This document shows positions 36,581 to 49,922 of a DNA stretch of 64,000 nucleotides, in pieces (positions within the stretch are counted from its first letter, which is position 1; each line of letters opens with the position of its first letter). Location of the stretch: NCBI GenBank assembly GCA_030390025.1, contig CM059432.1, positions 151,592,001 to 151,656,000 of the forward strand, in the 5' to 3' direction. Origin of the DNA: Squalus acanthias (taxonomy: Eukaryota). Position numbers and translations under genes: made by a program. A model generated the notes under the pieces. That model did not search any database. It was given only the letters and a program-made list of their open reading frames with translations, and was not told the DNA's origin.

Positions 36581-37246
36581 CGTCTCCCTCTCCTCTCCTG
36601 TCCTCTCTCTCCAGGCACCTCAGTTGGAATGGTTGAGTTTGGGTTGGTGGTGGTCTGCAGTCTGGTTCTGGTTCCTCCTTCTCTCCCTGGTCAAGGAGAC
36701 CACCACTTTGCTTCTGCTTCTGCTGCTGCTCTCCTCACTCTCCTGCTACTGGCTGATGAGGCAGCCAATCTTCTTCCAACAACAGAAGCCCAAATATTTA
36801 ACTTTTCCCCTTCACTTAAACTGCTTAAGTACTTTTATCAAGAATGATTTAAAGAGAACTAACAATTAAAGAACTACTCACACTTACCCAAACTCAGCAC
36901 TCTCTGCTGACTTGCACTCAGTCAATCACTCTCGAGCCCTTCACCATCACTGATTTGTCACGTTGCTTGTCAGACATCCAATCCTGGATGAACAGAAATT
37001 TCCTCCAGCTAAACATTGGGCAGACCGAAGCCATTGTCTTCGTTCCCCGCCATAAACTTCGTTCCCTAGCCACTGACTCCATCCCTCTCACTGGTCACTG
37101 TATGAGGCTGAACCGAACTATTCGCAATCTTGATGTTTGATTTGACCCTGAGATGATCTTCCGACCACACATCTCCTGCATCACCAAGACCGCATATTTT
37201 CCGACACCCGACTCTGCCCCTGCCTCAGCTCATCGGCTGCTGAAAC

Positions 37247-37857
37247 ATAGAAACACAGAAGATAGGAGCGGGAGTAGGTCATTCGGCCCCTCGAGCCTGC
37301 TCCGCCATTCGATGAGATCATGGCTGATCATCCAAACTCAGTACCCTGTCCCTGCCTTCTCCCCATATCCCTTGATACCTTTAGCCTTAAGAAATATATC
37401 TAACTCCTTCTTGAATATATTTACTGACTTGGCCTCAACTGCCTTCTGTGGTAGAGAATTCCACAGGTTCACCACTCTCTGGGTGAAGAAATTCCTCCTC
37501 ATCTCTGTCCTAAATGGCTTACCCCTTATCTTTATGATGTGGAGATGCCGGTGTTGGACTGGGGTGGACAAATGTGAGAAGTCACTCAACACCAGGTTAT
37601 AGTCCAACAGCTTTATTTGAAATCAGAAGCTTTCGGAGCGCTGCTCCTTCGTCGGGTGAAGTCTTCACCTGACGAAGGAGCAGCACTCCGAAAGCTTCTG
37701 ATTTCAAATAAAGCTGTTGGACTATAACCTGGTGTTGTGCGACTTCTCACCCTTATCTTTAGACTGTGACCTCTTGTTCTGGACTCAGCCGCCATTGGGA
37801 ACATCCTTCCTGCATCCAGTCTGTCTAGCCCTGTTAGAATTTTATAAGTTTCAATGA
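37247..37857 (-). mobile_element. CR1 3' fragment inside the L2, itself hosting 37535-37749
   Basis: RGKPFRTEMRRNFFTQRVV..GYGEKAGTGY; GAAAC repeated at both junctions. Confidence 0.85.
37535..37749. mobile_element. Penelope-derived 215-bp foldback element with two inverted hammerhead motifs
   Basis: 12-bp TSD CCCTTATCTTTA (37523-37534, 37750-37761); 88-nt arms 37574-37661 and 37663-37750 with 4 mismatches; CTGACGAA GGAG cagca CTCC GAAAGCTT core; arms match 56207-56290. Confidence 0.85.
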
Positions 37858-38459
37858 GAAACCCTCATCCATGCCTTTGTTACCTCTGGACTTGACTATT
37901 CCAATGTTATCCTGGCTGACCTCCCATCTTCCACCCTCTGTGAACTTGAGGTCATCCAAAACCCTGCTGCCTGTATCCAAACTCCCACTAAGTCCCGTTC
38001 ACCCATCACCCCTGTGCTCACTGACTTACATTGGCTCCCGGTCCAGCAACGCCTTGATTTTAAAATTCTCATTCTTGTTTTCAAATCCCTCCAAGGCCTC
38101 GACCATACCTATCTCTGTAACCTCCTCCAGCCCTACAACCCTCCGAGATCTCTGCGCTCCTCCAATTCTGGCCTCTTGCGCACGTCCAATTTTAATCGCT
38201 CCACCATTGGCCGTGCTTAGGCTCCAAGCTCTGGAATTCCACCCCCGGGGCATCCCCAAACCTCTTCGCCACTCTACCTCGCTCTCCTCCTTTAAGACGC
38301 TTCTTAAAATCTACCTCTTTGATCTAGCTTTTGGTCAACTGTCCTTGTGTGGCTCTGTGCCAAATCTTGTTTGATAATGCCTGTGAGGCGCCTTGGCATG
38401 TTTTACTACATTAAAGATGCTATATAAATGCATGTTGTTAGTTTTTTTTTGTTGTAGCT

Positions 38460-41400
38460 CTAATTTTGAGATTATGTTACCTTGTTCTTAATTCCCCCAC
38501 CAGAGTGAATAGTTTCTCTGTACCTTCCATTTTAAACACCCCTCAATCTTCTATACTCAAGGGAATACAAGCTGAGTTTATGCAACCTGTCCTCATAATT
38601 TAACCCTCTAAGCCCTGGTATAATTCTAGCGAAGCTGTACTCATTCCAAGACCAATATATCCTCCGAGGTGCAGTCCCCAAAACTGAGCGCAGTACTGCA
38701 GGTGGGGTCTGACCCAAGGCTCCTTTGCACTGAAGCATAATATCGTCCATTTTGTATTCCAGCCTCCTTGAGATGAAGGCTAACATTCCATTAACCTTTT
38801 AAATTATTTTTTGCACCCATCCTCTTGTTTTTAGTTATTTCTAAATGTTCCTCCACAATTCCTAGCTTATCAACATTTAGAAAATACTGTGATCTATCTT
38901 TCTTGGGTCCAAAGTGGATGACCTTGCACTTCCCCACGTTGAACTTGATTTGCTTGCTCACTTAATCTGTCAATGTACCTTTGCAACTTTCTGCTCCCAT
39001 CAACGCCAGTTACTGTGCCACCTAACTTAGTGTCATCAGCAAACTTGGATTTTCAGCTCTCTGTTCCTTCATCGAATTAATAGGATTACATCGGATATAT
39101 GGCACAGAAACAGGCCATTCGGCCCAACCAGTCCATGCCGGCGTTTATACTCCACACGAGCTTCCTCCCATCTTTCCTCATCTAAATCTATCAGCATAAC
39201 CCTCTATTTCCTTTTCCCTCAGATGCTTGTCGAGCCTCATAAGAACATAAGGAATAAGAGCAGGAGTAGGCCACACGGCCCCTCGAGCCTGCTCCGCCAT
39301 TCAATAAGATCATGGCTGATCATCGACCTCAACTCCACTTTCCTGCCCGATCTCCATGTCCCTTGATTCCCCTAGAGTCCAAAAATCTATCTATCTCGGC
39401 CTTGAATATACTCAAAGACTCAGCATTCACAGCCCTCTGGGGCAGAGAATTCCAAAGATTCACAACCCTCTGAGTGAAGAAATTCCTCCTCATCTCAGTC
39501 TTAAATGGCCTACCCCTTATCCTGAGACTTTGCCCCCTAGTTCTAGACACTCCAGCCAGGGGAAAACAACCTCTCAACATCAACCCTGTCAATCCCCTTC
39601 AGAATCTTGTATGTTTCAATGAGATCATCTCTCATTCTTCTAAACTCCAGAGAGTATAGGCCCATTCTACACAATCTCTCATCATAGGACAGCCCTCTCA
39701 TCCCAGGAATCAGTCTAGTGAAACTTCGTTGCACAGCCTCCAAGGCAAGTATATCCTTCCTTAGATAAGGAGACCAAAACTCTGCACAGTACTCCAGGTG
39801 TGGTCTCACCAAGGCCCTGTACAATTGTAGCAAGACTTCCTTACTCTTATACTCCAACCCCCTTGCACGAAAGGCCAACATGCCATTTGCCTTCCTTATT
39901 GCTTGCTGTACCTGCATGCTAGCTTTCTGTGTTTCTTGCACGAGGACACCCAAATCTCTCTGAACACCAACATTTGAAAGTTTCTCACCATTTAAAAAAT
40001 ATTCTGTTTTTCTATTCTTCCTACCAAAGTGAATAACCTCACATTTCCCTACATTAAACTCCATCTTACTGCCCACTCACTTAGTCGATCTATACCTCTT
40101 TGCAGACTCTGTGTTCTCCTCACAGCTTACTGTCCCACCTAGTTTTGTATCGTCAGCAAACTTGGATACATTACACTCAGTCCCTTCATCTAGGTCATTA
40201 ATATAGATTGTAAGTAGCTGAGGCCCCAACACTGATCCTTGCGGCACCCCACTAGTTACAGCCTGCCAACCTGAAAAAGATCCGTTTATCCCGACTCTCT
40301 GTTTTCTGTCCATTAACCAATCCTCTATCCCTGCTACTATATTACCCCCAACCCCATGAGCCCTAATCTTGTGTAATAACCTTTTATGTGGCACCTTATC
40401 AAATGCCTTTTGGAAATCCAAATATACTACATCCACTGGTTCCACTTTATCTACCCTGCTAGTTACATCCACAGAAAACTCTAATAAATTGTCAAAACGA
40501 TTTCCCTTTCATAAAACCATGTTGACTCTGCCGAATCAAGTTATGATTTTCTAAGTGCCCTGATACCACTTCCTTAAATGCATCTATAATATCGCTTCAA
40601 CCACTCTCTGTGGTCGCGAGTTCCACATTCTCACCACTCTTTGGGTAAAGAAGTTTCTTCTGAATTCCCTATTGGATTTCTTGGTGACTATCTTATATTG
40701 ATGGCCTCTAGTTATGCTCTTCCCCACAAGTGGAAACATTCTCTCTGTATCCACTCTATCAAAACCTTTCATAATTTTAAAGGCCTCTATTAGGTCACCC
40801 CTCAGCCTTTTTTCAAGAGAAACGAGATCCAGCCTATTCATCTTTTCCTGATATGTATACCCTTGCATTTCTGGTATCATCCTTGTAAATCTTCTCTGCA
40901 CCCTCTCCAGTGCCTCTATATCCTTTATATAATATGGCGACCAGAACTGTACGCAGTACTCCAAGTGTGGTCTAACCAAGGTTCGATACAGGTTTAGCAT
41001 AACTTCCCTACTTTTCAATTCTATCCCTCTAGAAATAAACCCTAGGGCTTGGTTTGCTTTTTTATGGCCTTGCTAACCAGCGTCGCAACTTTTAGTGATT
41101 TGTGTATTTGTATTCCGAGATCCCTTTGTTCCTCTACCCCACCTAGACTCGCACCCTCCAAGTGATGTGGCCTCCCTATTCTTCCTACTAAAATGTAATA
41201 CCTCACGAACGGTCTTCGACCTGAAACGTTAACTCTGTTTCTCTCTCCACGGATGCTGCCTGGCCTGCTGAGTTTTTCCAGCGTTTTCTGTTGTTATTTC
41301 GGATTTCCAGCATCCGCAGTATTTTGCTATCGTACCTCACATTTATCTGTGTTGAACTTCATTTGCCAATTATATGCCCATTCTGCAAGTTTATTAATGT

Positions 41401-43570
41401 CCTCCTGTAATTTGTTGCAGTCCTCCTCAGTATTGACTATCTCCCCCGCCCCCCCCCCCCCCCCCGCCCCCCAAATTTGGTGTCATCCGCAAATTTAGAA
41501 ATTGTGTTTTTGATTCCAAGGTCTAAATTGTTAATGTAAATTGTGGACAGCAGTGGTCCCAGCACTGATCCTTGTGGAACACCACTACCCACCTTCTGCC
41601 ACTGTGAATAGCTACTCTTTACTCCTACTCTCTGTTTTCTGTCCTGAAGCCAGCCAGCAATCCATTCTGCTGCTTGTCCCCTGACTCCGCATGCTCTGAC
41701 CTTGTTCATCAGTCTGTTATGGGGTACCTTTATTGAAGGCTTTTTGAAAATCCAGATAAATTACATCTACTGCATTACCATTGTCTACTCTCTCTGTTAC
41801 TGCTTCAAAAAATTCAATGAGGTTGGCCAAGGAAGACTTTCCCTTTTGAAATCCATGCTGACTACTCATTATTATATTTTTGGTTTCTAGATGTTCTTCT
41901 ATTTTCTCCTTTTAGTAGGGATTCCATTATTTTTCCTACCACTGATAAGCTGACTGGTCTATAATTCCCTGGACATGTTCTATCTCGCTTCTTAAATATA
42001 GGTATTACGTTAGCTATCCGCCAGTCCTCTGGCACTACACCTTTTTCTAACGAATTATTAAATATGTGTAGTAATGCCTCTGTTATCTCTTCCCGAGATT
42101 ATTTTTAAATGCCTGGATGCAATCCATCCGGACCAGGAGTTTTATCCTCTTTGAGTTTGATTAGTTTATTTACTATATCCCCTTTTTTATTTTAAATGCA
42201 CTTATCTCATTACTAATCTGATCATCCAATGTCATGATCACCTGTTCTATCTAATGTATAAATATAGTTAAAAGCTGAATCCCCAGTTCAGATCCCTTCG
42301 GGACATCACCAGTCACCTGCCAATTGGAACACATGCCCATTATCCCTACTCTGTGTTTCCTACCTCCTAACCAATTCCGTACCCATGTCAAAAGGTTGCC
42401 TCCAATTCCATGTGCCTCAATTTTTTCTTGCAGTCTCTTGTGTGGAAGCTTATTGAATGCCTTCTGGAAGTTCATATAAATAACGTGCATTGACACTCCC
42501 TTATCTACCATGTTAGTGACCGCCACACAAAATTCAACTCGTTTATTGGTTAGATACAACTAACACTTTACAAATCCATGCTGGCTCTCTCTGATTAGTT
42601 CATATTTGTCCAAGTGCTCAGTCCCTCTGTCCCTAATAACAGATTCTAGTAACTTCCCCACAACAGACGTTGGACTAATAGGTCTATCCTTTCCTGTTAA
42701 ATAATGGAGTGACATCGGCAACTTTCCAATCCGAGGGGACAATTCCTGACTCGAGATTTTTTGAAAATCATGGTTAAAGCACGTACAATTTCCTCATCTA
42801 CTTCTTTCAATACCCTGAGGTGGAAACCATCAGGTCTTGGAGATTTGTCGATATTCAGTCTAATTATTTTCTCCATTACCATTTTTAACATATTAAATCT
42901 CGTAAGTTCCCTTGATTTATTTTTATTTTCTGTAATTATTTATCAAGGCTGCTATTTCCTTATTTTCAATTACAATATCACCTGTGTCTGTCTTTATGGG
43001 GCCCACACTATCCTTCATCATCTTCTTTCTCTTAATATGTGTGTAAAAAACCTTTAGTGATATCCCTCAAGTTTTTTCCTCATATTCCCTTTTTGCAGCT
43101 CCTACTACATTTATTTGTATCCCTTTGCTGTTCTTTACATCTTTCCTAGTGTGTGGGATTGTATTATCCCTTTCTTTTCTTTTACTTTCATACTACCTCT
43201 GACTTTTGTTAACTAATGTTGTTTAATTACACAAGTAGAGCTCTTGCCATTTAGGGATATGTACAGGTCTTGCACTGTACCAAATACTTCTTTGAACACC
43301 TCCCACTGTTCATCTTTAGTTTAATCCATTAACAGTTCTGCCCTGTCTTCTGTGGTCAATTTCTGCCCTAACCCATAAAAGTCAGCATTACCTAAATTTA
43401 AAACCTTGGTTCATGACTGACCCTTCTCTCTACCTCAAACCTAATACCTAATTCACTCTCAAACCTAATACCAAATTCAGTCATGTGGTCACTTTTAGCT
43501 AGGTGTTTCCTTACCGTGAGATTGTTGACTAATTCTGGCTCATTACTCATCACTAAATCTAATCTGACCT
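38460..43570 (-). mobile_element. Cluster of nested and adjacent CR1 fragments of several ages
   Basis: RT pieces at 38532-38786, 39329-40472, 40584-41709, 42251-42891 and 43398-43640; tails near 39085 and 39238. Confidence 0.85.
41207..41332 (+). mobile_element. 5'-truncated Penelope-derived short element inserted in CR1
   Basis: 8-bp TSD TACCTCAC (41199-41206, 41333-41340); matches 17060-17130 but lacks the start of the CUGA box. Confidence 0.8.
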
Positions 43571-44764
43571 GGTTTTTTTTGCTACACCGGTTTGTCCCTG
43601 TCTCGAAAGCCTGAGTTCTGCATTCCCAAGGATAAACCAAGCAGCAGAAAGAAATTGCAAGTCCCAGAATGTAGCTAGAATTTCTTCTTTCTTCCCCATC
43701 AAGTGCATGAAGGTAGGGGGTGGAATATAAAGAGAAGGTATTAGCTCGATGTGTTAGTGTCGAGATTTGCTGTCAACCATAAAAATAATTCTAGTGCTTT
43801 AAAAACTTGTCTGATTTTCTGATTGGACAAAAAATATTTCTTCTTGATCCAATTGTTTGACTGCAAATTGGGTCCAGGAAAAAAGTTCTCAAAACAGCTA
43901 CCAGACCATTCACCAAGTTCCCAGGAACTATTAAAGAGGGAAACCACCTTTTCTTCAGGTCCAGTGGTAATTTAGAAATTCTTTTCACTTCTTCCCATCT
44001 CTTCCTCCTGCCACTGTGTTCCACTCCCCAGTCCCTGCTGTGCTCTATTCTCTGGCTCAGAAAGTGACCATGTTAAATAGAACTGTTCTCTAGACGACTC
44101 TTCAGGAATGCCACAGAATATCAGTTCGTTAAATGTTTTTGGAGCAATGAAATGCTTTGAATAAGCAGCATTCATTCCCCCCCCCAAAAAATGTCTCGTG
44201 CTTAGATCTATAAAGTAATACCTTCATAAAAGAATTATTGGATCTCTGTGTTGAAAACTGTATTAGATACTGGCAGATGTGTGAATTCAGTACTCAAATA
44301 TTCATAACTTATTTTGACAGTTTAAAAAAAAAGTAATTTGAATTTGTCTTAAGTTTATATTTCCTGCTGTGAGGTTTAGTGTAAGTAATTGAGAATATTA
44401 AGTGCAAATGGGAGTATAATAGGTGAGTGTTAATGTTGTATTCTGGGAAATGAGCAAATGTTGCAGCAACAGTACCATTGTTGTACTGTTCCATCCAACT
44501 GCATTCTTCTGGAATATGTCTGTTTTGATTCAGCAGTTGTCATTAAATAGGTTTTTTTCAAGTTCAGTTATAGAATCTTTCTTGAATCAAGAGATGTAAA
44601 ATTTATTTTTGCACTAAAAACTGATGATGAATCAGTACCTAGGGCAGTCAGATAAACACAATGATGGCAGTTTTCCTAAATTATTTTTGACACTCCATTT
44701 TTACTTTGGAGTCTTTTGTGATAGTGCTGCAGGATTTTTCCTTAAATAATGTTTGATAGGTAGC

Positions 44765-47700
44765 TACATAAGAACCTAAGAATTAGGAGCAGGAGTAGGC
44801 CATATAGAGTCCCCATGTACAGTCTCAGGGTTGGAATCCTGGGACTCTACATGGAGGAAGAAAAAAAATGATGTCAAGACAGATTTTTGAGCAACAGGGG
44901 AGTTGAGGGTTATGGGGAGCGGGCAGGAAAGTGGAGTTGAGGCCAAAATCGGAGCAGGTTCGAGGGGCCGAATGGTCTGCTCCTGCTCCTATTTCTTATG
45001 TTCTTGTATGTCCCTTCGAGCCTGCTCCGCCATTCATTAGGATCAAGCTGATCTAAGACCTCAACTGAATTTTCCTGCCCAATCTCCATATCCCTTGATT
45101 CCCCTAAAGTCCAAAAATCCATCTTTGCCTTGAATATACTCAACGATTCAGCATCCACAGCCTTTTTGGGGTAGAGAATTCCAAAGTGAGTAAAGATATT
45201 CCTCCTCACCTCGGTCTTAAATGGCCGACCACTTATCCTGAGACTGTGCCCCCTAGTTCTAGACTCTCCAGCCAGGGGAAACAACCTCTCAGCATCTACC
45301 CTGTCAATCCCCCTCAGAATCTTGTGTTTCAATGAGATCACCTCTCATTCTTCTTGTAGAGAGCATCGTGATCCCGGACGACCATGTCTGCAGTCAGTGT
45401 CTGCATCTCGAGGAACTTCAGCTCCGAGTTGTTGAGCTGGAGTCTGAGGTGCAGATAGTGCGGGCATCAGGGAAGGGGCGAGTTACTTGGGCACTTTGAT
45501 CCAGGAGGCAGTCACACCGCTTAGGTTAGGTAGTGGTACAGGTCTGGTTAGTGATCAGGGACAGGAGTCATAAAGTCATACAGCACAGAAAGAGGCCCTT
45601 CGGCCCATCGTGTCCGCGCCAGCCATCAAGCCCTGTCTATTCTAATCCCATTTTCCAGCACTTGGTCCGTAGCCTTGTATGCTATGGCGTTTCAAGTGCT
45701 CATCTAAATGCTTCTTGACTGTTGAGGGTTCCTGCCTCTACCACCCTTTCAGGCAGTGAGTTCCAGATTCCAACCACCCTCTGGGTGAAAAAGTTTTTCC
45801 TCAAATCCCCTCTAAATCTCCTGCCCCTTACCTTGAAACTATGCCCCCTGGTTATTGACCCCTCTACTAAGGGGAAAAGTTCCTTTCTATCTACCCTATC
45901 TATGCCCCTCATAATTTTGTACACCTCAATCAGGTCCCCCCTCAGCCTTCTCTGCTCTAAGGAAAACAACCCCAGCCTGTCCAGTCTCTCTTCATAGCTG
46001 AAGCGCTGCAGCCCAGGTAACATCCTGGTGAATCTCCTCTGCACCCTCTCCAATGCAATCACATCCTTCCGATAGTGTGGCGACCAGAACTGCACACAGT
46101 ATTCCAGCTGTGGCCTAACTAGCGTTTTGTACAGCTCCATCATAACCTCCCTGCTCTTATATTCTATGCCTCGGCTAATGAAGGCAAGTATCCCATATGC
46201 CTTTTTAACCACCTTATCTACCTGTCCTGCTGCCTTCAGGGATCTATGTACATGCACACCAAGGTCCCTCTGATCCTCTGTCCTTCCTAGGGTCCTACCA
46301 TTCATTGTGTATTCCCTTGCCTTGTTAGTCCTCCCAAAATGCATCACCTCACACTTTTCAGGGTTAAATTCCATTTGCCACTGTTCTGCCCATCTGACCA
46401 ACCCGTCTATATCGTCCTGTAGCCTGAGGCTTCCCTCCTCGCTATTTGCCACTCCACCAATTTTTGTGTCATCTGCGAACTTACTGATCATTCATATCTA
46501 AATCATTAATGTACACTACAAACAGCAAAGGACCCAGCACCGATCCCTGCGGTACTCCACTGGACACAGGCTTCCAGTCACAAAAACAACCTTCGACCAT
46601 CGCCCTCTGCCTCCAAACCAATTTTGGATCCAATGTGCCAAATTGCCCTGGATCCCATGGGCTCTTTCCTTCTTGACCAGTCTCCCATGTGGGAGTTTGT
46701 CAAAAGCCTTACTGAAGTCCATGTAGACTACATCAACTGCACTACCCTCATCCACACACCTAGTCACCCCCTTGAAAAATTCAATCAAATTGGTTAGACA
46801 TGATCTCCCCCTGACAAAGCCATGCTGACTATCCTTGATTAATCCTTGCCTCTCCAAGTGGAGACTAATTCTGTCCCTCAGAATTTTTTCCAATAATTTC
46901 CCTGCCACTGATGTTAGGCTCACTGGCCTGTAATTCCCTGGTTTATCCCTACGACCCTTCTTGAACAATGGTATTACGTTAGCTGTTCTCCAGTCCTCTG
47001 GCACCTCCCCTGTGGCCAGAGAGGTTCTGAAAATTTGTGTAAGAGCCCCTGCAATCTGCTCCCTTGCCTCACACAGCAGCCTGGGATACATCTCGTCTGG
47101 GCCTTGGGATTTAACCACTTTTAAGCCCGCTAAAACCGCTAGTACCTCCTCCCTCTCAATACTAATTTGTTCAAGTATATCACAATCCCTTTGCCTGATT
47201 TCTATGCCTACATCACCCTTCTCCATAGTGAACACAGATGCAAAATATTCATTTAAAACCTCACCTACTTTTAAATGAAAGTAGGGTGTGGCTGCGAGTC
47301 AGGCAGGTAAGGCGACTCCGGGTGCAGTGCTGGAGGAACCTCGGCTATTGCCCTTATCCAGCAGGTATTTCTCCACATTCCTGCTCGTTCTCCATATCCC
47401 TTGATTCCCCTAGAGTCCAAAATGTATCTCTCTCTGCCTTGAATATACTGAACGATTCAGTATCCACAGCCCTTTGGGGTAGAGAATTCCAAAGATTCAC
47501 AACCCTCTGAATGAAGAAATTCCTCCTCATCTCAGTCTTAAATGGCCAACCCCTTATCCTGAGACTAAGCTCCTAGTTCTAGACTCTCCAGCCAGGGGAA
47601 ACAACCTCTCAGCATCTACCCGGTCAATCCCCCTCAGAATCTTCTAAGTTTCAATGAGATCACCTCTCGTTCTTCTAAATTCCAGAGAACATAGGCCCAA

Positions 47701-48405
47701 TCTACTCAATCTCACCTTATACAACAACGCTCTCATCCCAGGAATCAATCTGGTGAACCTTCATTGCACCGCCTCAAAGGCAAGTATGTTCTTCCTCAGA
47801 TAATGAGACCAAAACTACGCACAGCAATCCAGGTGTGGTCTCACCAAAGCCCTGTACAATTGTAGCAAGACTTCCTTACTCTTGTACTCCAACCCCCTTG
47901 CAATAAAGGCCAACATGCCATTTGCCTGCCGAATTGCTTGCTGTACCTGCATTCTAATTCTGTGTTTTCTGTAAAAGGACACCATAATCGCTCTGAACAC
48001 CAACATTTAATAGTTTCTCACCATTTCAAAAATACTCTCTTTTTGTATTCTTCCTACCAAAGTGAATAACTTCACATTTCCCCACATACACCATCTGCCA
48101 CCTTAATGCAGACCACGCATTTAACCTGTCTATATCCCTTTGCAGGCTCTTTGGGTCCTCCTCACAGCTTACTTTCCCACCTAGCTTTGTATCATCAGCA
48201 AACTTGGATACATTGCACTCTGTCGCTTCATCTAAGTCATTAATATACAGTAGATTGTAAATAGCTGAGGCCCAAGCACTGATCCTTGCAGTACCCCACT
48301 AGTTACAGCCTGCCAACCTGAAAATAATCCATTTATCTCTACTCTCTGTTGTCTGTCCGTTAGCCAATCCTCTATCCTTGCTAATATATTACTCCCAACC
48401 CCATA
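44765..48405 (-). mobile_element. CR1 cluster including a well-preserved RT fragment (45570-47268)
   Basis: ORFs 45700-46491 and 46516-47235 with full CR1 RT motifs; further copies at 45010-45355 and 47370-48405. Confidence 0.85.
45357..47366 (+). mobile_element. CR1 ORF1 remnant (zinc finger/leucine zipper) in two pieces (45357-45568, 47283-47366)
   Basis: IPDDHVCSQCLHLEELQLRVVELESEV..QEAVTP, then GVAASQAG..EEPRLLPLSSR, typical of a CR1 ORF1 N-terminal region. Confidence 0.6.
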
Positions 48406-49537
48406 CCTCTATGGAATATGTAATGTTGGTATTTTGGGAGTAAGCTGAAAATTCTAATCGGAGTCTTCAGTTATTAACTCATGAACTATACCGATATGCT
48501 CTTTGCTTTCTCGCAACATTTTTGTTTTCTGTTCATGGCAAAAAGGCTGTTCTTGTACATATGGTCTTACTTACATGTATAATGAATGAGCAGTGAAGTA
48601 CAGTAATGGCATGCTAAAAATAGTAGCTTGCCGTTGCTTTCTACTCTAAATTCTTCAGCGCTTTGCATTAGGCGTAATGTCTGGAATCTGATCATTTATT
48701 TGTGGAATGTTTTAAAAATGGTGCTGTAAAAGCATAGAATTACGTATATTTAAATATAATTTATAGCACAGAAACAGGCCATTCAGCCCAACTGGTCTGT
48801 GCTGGTGTGTATGCTCCACATGAGCTTCCTCCCACCCTACTTAATCTAACCATATCCTTCTGTTCCTTTCTCCTTCATGTACTTATCTAGCCTTAAATGC
48901 ATCTATGCTAGTTCAAGAACTCGTATCCGTTGGGCAAGACCATTTAATATCTGGAAGCAGTGGCTGCCAGGAACGCCTACTTTCAGGAGCCTGGCTGAAG
49001 TGGGAAATGGTGCCAAATCATTGAAGAGGAGACACCTCCTTGGATTCTTTTGCCACACATTCGGTGCTGGGCTTCCCACTGGATGCCCTACAGAACAGTC
49101 TGTTGGATGTCTCGGAAGTGATGTTTCTGATGTAGCTGAAATGTGATTTTCGCTGATTTTTTTCAAATGATTTCTCAATTTCCTGAGTTCCAAAGGTCTC
49201 CATGTTGTTTTAGAGAACTTTTTTTTATGCCTGCTTCTCCCTACTTTGGGACTCCCTTGCAGAGTGCCACTTGCTCCATGGTCCTTGGCATATCAGTAAA
49301 TCTCTCCGAGAGCACTGCTTTGATACCAAAGTTGCACTGACCAAGTCAAAGGATGTACCAATTCATTTTGATCTTTGCATTAACTGCTCTGAAGATTGGC
49401 CCAGTTGGATAGCAGCCCCTTGCCCATACTATTGCAGCATCACCAGACTGTTGAGCTTCCTCTTCTGTCACCTCACTTGCTGCTTCTGTTCACTTATGAC
49501 ATATGCTTTACCCAGTGTTCCTACCTCCATCTCATGT

Positions 49538-49922
49538 ATAGAAGATTAAGGGGTGATATAATTGACGTGTTTAAGATGATTATAGGATTTGATAGGGTAG
49601 ATAGAGAGAAACTATTTCCTCTGATGGGGAAATCCAGAACAAGGGGGCATGACCTTAAAATTAGAGCTAGGCCGTTCAAGGGTGGTGTCAAGAAACACTT
49701 CTTCACACAAAGGCTAGTGGAAATCTGGAACTCTGTCCCCCAAAAAGCTGTTGAGGCTAGGTCAATTGAAAATTTCAAAACTGAAATTGATCGATTTTTG
49801 TTCACCAAGGGTATTAAGGGTTACAGAACCAAGTAGTTGGAGTTCGGATACAGATCAGCCATGATCTCATTGAATGGCAGAACAGGCTTGAGGGGCTGAA
49901 TGGCTTACTCCTGTTCCTATGT
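49538..49922 (+). mobile_element. CR1 3' end
   Basis: RRLRGDIIDVFKMI..TRGHDLKI..FFTQR and a 3' stem-loop. Confidence 0.8.

Larger units (their letters stand above)
23295..38440 (+). mobile_element. L2 LINE split into three pieces (23295-23506, 36929-37246, 37858-38440) by nested insertions
   Basis: ...[13 protein letters not shown] (23506) continues as CTCGAGCCC...CLSDIQSWMNRNFLQLN (36929); GCTGAAAC (37246) continues as GAAACCCTCATCCATGCC (37858); ends in a tgttgtt tail. Confidence 0.8.

Noticed and set aside
48903..49203. BED zinc finger / hAT transposase remnant (LRNHLKK, IWHHF)
   Set aside because: The motifs are in the wrong order and different frames, with no CxxC in the right place.
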